Below are positions 57,001 to 64,000 of a DNA stretch of 64,000 bases, piece by piece. The notes under the pieces were generated by a model, which saw nothing but the letters and a program-made list of their open reading frames with translations, was not told where the DNA came from and made no database searches. This DNA comes from Tubiluchus corallicola (lineage: Eukaryota > Animalia > Priapulida). The position numbers and the translations under genes are program-made. How positions within the stretch are numbered: position 1 is the first letter of the stretch; every line of letters begins with the position of its first letter. The DNA lies in NCBI GenBank assembly GCA_030141605.1, contig JAQGDQ010000120.1, positions 310,001 to 374,000 of the forward strand. The letters run 5' to 3'.

Positions 57001-59006
57001 ACTTTTCGTTGTTTTGACATAAAATGACGAAAAAATTGAAATTGAAATGGCGAAGTACAGTATGTCAAAAATCACGTACTCATTCAGCCAGCATGTAGTG
57101 CCCAATGCATATCTGTTTAGTCTCTGAACGACACATTTAATTAAACGCTTATTTGGCCTTTTATGGACTTTGTCACGACATTCGCGGCAATGAAAAGATC
57201 GTTCTTTATGCGGAATCTCTGTCGATGTCATGCATAAACGCTACCTGCAGATCCATTCATGTCTGGCTAAAAGGACAAGCCCACGGGCAGCTCATAACTA
57301 TAAGTACTGCTGTTGCTCAATGTCAACTTTCACAAATTATGACATAATATAAACTAACAATCTGCATAATACGTGCAAAAAGTCATTTTAGTAGACGTAA
57401 GAGAGGAGAGCTCAAAAGAAATGAAAGGCGCCATTGAATGTAGCTAACTTGACCTAACGGAATCTAAAGTGCATTAAAGTGCAGTGTGGTAACTGAAAAG
57501 ATAATGCACAGTGAGCTGACTAAAACAAGATAGATTGTCTGTTATGACATGTGACATAATGGATTAAGTTGCGGTCAGGCTACTTGAGGACATGAAGGGA
57601 ATTAATGTTAAGGGAGGTGTTGTGAGGAGGAGGTGAGTGTGATCAGAGCTGAGTGGTGGAGCAAGGTGAGATGAGGTGAGGTGAAGTTGTGCGGAAGGAA
57701 TAGTGACATGAAATTAGATAACGTTAGGCAAGTAGCCTAAGGTGAAATCGATTTAGGTAAGCCAAGACATAAGGGCTTAATTTACGTAAAACATCTTAAT
57801 GGTGTAACATAAATTAAAAAAATTAGCATTTGTGGTAAACAGAAAGGATTACCAAGAAAAGGGTTAACAGCACGCCACCGATCATTACAAATATTTGAAA
57901 AACGTCAGTCCAAATAACTGCTTTCAAACCGCCCTGCAAAATAAAAAATATCATGCTAATTATTGTAATTGAAAATCATTGTAAATGTAATACCAGAAAA
58001 TCACTTGTAAAAACATCATTTTTGTAATGATTGTCAAGGCAGATAACTATTACAGTTGCCGCTGACATCGCACCTGGGCTTGCTCTTAAAACAAAATTTT
58101 AGTAAATGCACTTATGTTTGTAAACAAAATTAAAAGTCTAGAAAATAAATCGAATACGAATTTGTACTCGGCGCCTGAATACAGCTTCTTTTGTACAGTT
58201 TAAATAAAATAACTGGAACATAATGGACATTAACGTAACAATGTCAACGTACTCTTTTGTTAGTGATCTGTCGACGAAATACTCAGTAATCGTATTCAGT
58301 CGATGTTACAGCCAGCAATAAAACAAAATTTGTCAGCGTTTTCTCATTACGCGTGGAATTAGGATAATCTGTACTGTCATTTTCGCTAAGTTTTCGGAAA
58401 TTGCCAGTCGGACTTACAACGGATGTGTAGAACGTACACACGAGCCCAACGCTGACGATGACTATCCACAGATCCAACCCAGTAACTGCATTCACTGCCA
58501 GAGAAGGGGCGTATAGTACCACTGACTGATATAATATCTGTGTAAACAGAGAACAACTTTCATTGACTATAACTACATGTTACAGTTAAAAGCTCTTTTC
58601 ACGGCCAGGAAATATGTCACAGATATTATAATGGTCATTTGGCAGACTATTTAAAGTGTCCGCCTACAGCCTACTCCAATAAATTTGAAATGCAAGCAAA
58701 ATAATCGATCAAACACAAAACAGCTCAATTTCTGTGAATTAAAAAGCAAAGTAATCTGTACGGACAATTTATAAAACACTTCGGACACAACACGTCTGTT
58801 GAAGCTGTATCGATAAATACGTTCTTGTTTTCACTAATTAACAATTATCATGGACTGAGACTAGCGCAAGATTCTGGAATGAAAAAGTAAAATAATCCTT
58901 TCTACTGTTTTTCGTGAAGTAAAGTGTGCCAACTTACCATTTGTACTACAAAAATTATCGATGCCATTATCCGGACTGCCTTTGATTTGTATCGCATTTC
59001 TAGATA
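48865..59006 (-). CDS. SLC5A5/6/8/12-like sodium:solute symporter, paralogue B, exons 3-14 (5' end not in window)
   Basis: Exons on - strand: 59006-58938, 58537-58418, 57933-57853, 56418-56345, 55328-55188, 54954-54825, 53202-53117, 52091-51911, 51385-51299, 50955-50777, 50354-50251, 49133-48865. Lengths of exons 3-11 and 13 match paralogue A; motifs [40 protein letters not shown]. Confidence 0.92.
49978..50089. repeat. 24-bp minisatellite, ~4.5 copies
   Basis: Unit TCTAAAA(T/C)GTGGCAGATACTCTAT; one copy carries a 6-bp insertion. Confidence 0.85.
53928..54027. repeat. (AG)n microsatellite
   Basis: Directly visible. Confidence 0.95.
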
Positions 59007-60081
59007 CTGAAATTCAAAAAATTTCAAAAACGAATGAGTAAAAATTACGTAAGAAAAATTTCAGCTTGATTTCTGCGTAACAAATAATAGCAGTCCTTAA
59101 TGATGACAACCATTTTGTTTTTTTATATTAAAAATTCATTTCAATATTTGGTACTATAATTAGGGTGCGATATCCTTATTCGTACATCTTCTTACATATT
59201 TATACATTTGTTTATCGGTTCATTATTTGCTTATTTATCTATTCGCTTATTTGCCAATCCATCTGTCCTGCTGTTTGCCTGTCTATCTGACTGCCCAGCC
59301 CCATCTGTTCATCTTCACCAGAGAGAATCGCTTACTTGGTTATTTTTCACCTTTTTGTTCGTTTTTTGTTTATTTATTCATTTATTGATCAGTTCAGTCA
59401 GTCATTTGTTCACTCACTCTTTCATTCTTTCTGTCATTCATTTGTTCATTCGCCCATTCTTCGTCCATCTTTAATCCATCGTCCATCTTCATATATCTAA
59501 TAAGCCTTTGATTAAATTCGCTTGCCTAATAGTAAAAGCACAGATGTGGTAAATTATGGTCAAAATGTCTGTGTCTTTAATAAAAAAAAACGTTTTCCAT
59601 TTTCTGGCACGCCACTATTATGACGGAAGCTGTATGTAATTGTTTAACGTTACTGGACAACGAACGTTTTGCTAAAAACGTGTAGTGAAAAATTTGCAAG
59701 CTAATGGCAAAATCTTTAATGAAAATCTTGAAAAAAATTGAAGATCTCCAATCTCCTTTCTTTAAGGGCAAGTGCAAGATGACTTTAAGGCGAGACAGAT
59801 GGGTCCTCTCAACGTTCTCTAAATTACTTTTCTCTAAATTCCATGGACACAACCTTAAGAAGGAGCACGACTTTAGTTTGCTTTCAGGTTGCCTAGTCAC
59901 AACTGCTGTATTAATACGCAAATGTGTCTGAGTATTACATGTAGTTAAAAGTATCCCTTCATATTAGTACCGCACTTTATACAAGAAGGCAGCAGTGACT
60001 TTACAAGTGCGCTTTCATTGAAAAATGATTACAGAAAAGTGATCTCATAACACTTACTCGTAAATTAAGCACACCCGTTTA

Positions 60082-60522
60082 AGTGACGTTTACCTGGCAT
60101 CCGAAATGCGTATGCGTTATGCGTTATCCACCTGCGGAATAACTGCGTATAAAAACTCAACAGAAATAGTTACATAAAAAATGGCGCATAAGGTGGCGTT
60201 TATGTAACTTGCAAATGCGGGTGCGATTTGGGAGCGCGGAATAGATAAAACCTATTTACATTGTTTTCATTGCACCCGTTTATGCAGTCTGCGGACGCGT
60301 TTCTCTTTTTCTGATTTCCTAACGATTTTTTCCGCAGGCTGTTTCACAAGGTGGAAAAGGCATCCGCATCAGGTATCCGCACGCAAGTTACAAAAACACT
60401 ACTTAACGAAACCTAGTCCCGCAGGTCTGATAAACGGGTGCGTTAAAAACAATATAAATCGATTTTATCTATCCCGCATCCGCATAACGCATACGCATTT
60501 CAGATGCCACATAAACGTCATT
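60082..60522. mobile_element. MITE with long TIRs, PIF/Harbinger-like
   Basis: ~42-bp TIRs AGTGACGTTTACCTGGCATCCGAAATGCGTATGCGTTATGCG vs AATGACGTTTATGTGGCATCTGAAATGCGTATGCGTTATGCG, TTA on both flanks, and a further internal inverted block. Confidence 0.78.
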
Positions 60523-60871
60523 TTAGGAAGTTAGTTTATTGTCACCCAGTAATTCGCTGATATTCATTTTGATAATACAATAAAACTTTATAATTAAATC
60601 ATATTCAGCGCTTTTCTTAAATTATATTTCAAGGTTTGGAAAAGTAAAACTAGAACTCGTTCTAGGACGTATGGAGAATGCACTGTTTCATGCATCCAAT
60701 ATAAAAGTGAAAAAAGGAGTTCAGAAGTTTTTATGTAAAAAAATTCGTGTATCTTAAATATATAATAGTGCGTTTTAAACATAAAATCAAAAAACTTCAA
60801 TGCAGTAAACTAAAAATTATTGAAAATTTGAATTAATCACACATTTTTTTAATATTGTACACAACACGCAA

Positions 60872-63157
<2,286 letters not shown>

Positions 63158-64000
63158 CGCAACCATAGCTCTTTTTAAACAGATTTTTAAGATCATGTAT
63201 AACTGTGTGCCACCAATAAGTGCTTCGTTCACGCATGGGCTTTTCCTTTCTTGCCGAAACCGAAAGGTTTGTAGTATAATTGCATCTATATTTGTTATCT
63301 GTATATAATTGTATATTTTACAATAATGATAAGATGCTAATATTGAACACTAATTAGCTATTCACTCAAAAATCAGCAACTCGACTTTCTCAACAAACCC
63401 TAAAATCTCGAATTTTTACGACATGTCAGAAAATCGGTTTGTATGCAGCTACATGTATTTCTTTCGGTTCTTGTTGTTCTTTTATCAAGATGAAATTTCA
63501 GAGACAAAAATTCCAATTTTATACACGTTCTTGTTAGTTCCGTGTGATTATAGAACTGCAGGTAGATTTAGGTGGTGCTAAATACCTGCTTTTATCGCCC
63601 TGTGCAATAATATCTGTAATCAGTTTAAACTCATCATAGCTCATGCTTGTTTAAGTTGAGTAATTCCTAGAGTGAGTCGGGCACGGTGACACAACCGTGT
63701 CTTGATGACAGAAGAAATGTCGCGTTAGTCAAAAGCTACTGTCAGTATAACACAGTACATCGTTTAAAGGCACAGTATAGCATAGCATACATATCATGTT
63801 ATAGCATTGATCAGTATACGATAGTCTAGGCGCAACACAAAGCTATGCAAAAGTACACAATGCCGCACAATACAAAACAGCGTATAGCAACAAAAAATAG
63901 AAACAGAGTGGACTAGCACAGGACAAGACAAAATAGAATGAAACGGAAGGAGCAGAACAGAACCAAACTGAACTGAATAAAACAAAACAAAACAAAACAG

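Overview
AT-rich, intron-rich animal (probably invertebrate) genomic DNA, so the long unspliced ORFs in the track are mostly exon fragments or microsatellite artefacts. Hand-splicing gives five genes. (1) An 18-exon + strand gene (2806-16827, ~986 aa) encoding a STAND/NB-ARC-type NTPase with a death-effector-domain-like N-terminus, TPR repeats, a Ser-rich tail and a terminal CaaX box (CYLS). (2) A complete 14-exon - strand SLC5A (NIS/SMVT/SMCT-like) sodium:solute symporter (29219-18505, ~568 aa). (3) A 7-exon secreted protein with two DM13 domains (33205-38694, ~291 aa). (4) A secreted mucin-like protein with a very basic tail rich in KxxK motifs (47594-44953). (5) A second SLC5A paralogue whose exons 3-14 are in the window (59006-48865). 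There is also an intact but solitary extra SLC5A exon 1 (40621-40386) that could be an alternative first exon for gene 2. The remainder is decayed LINEs, MITEs/non-autonomous DNA transposons and microsatellites. All models were derived by eye from splice signals, phase and motifs; no database search was run.
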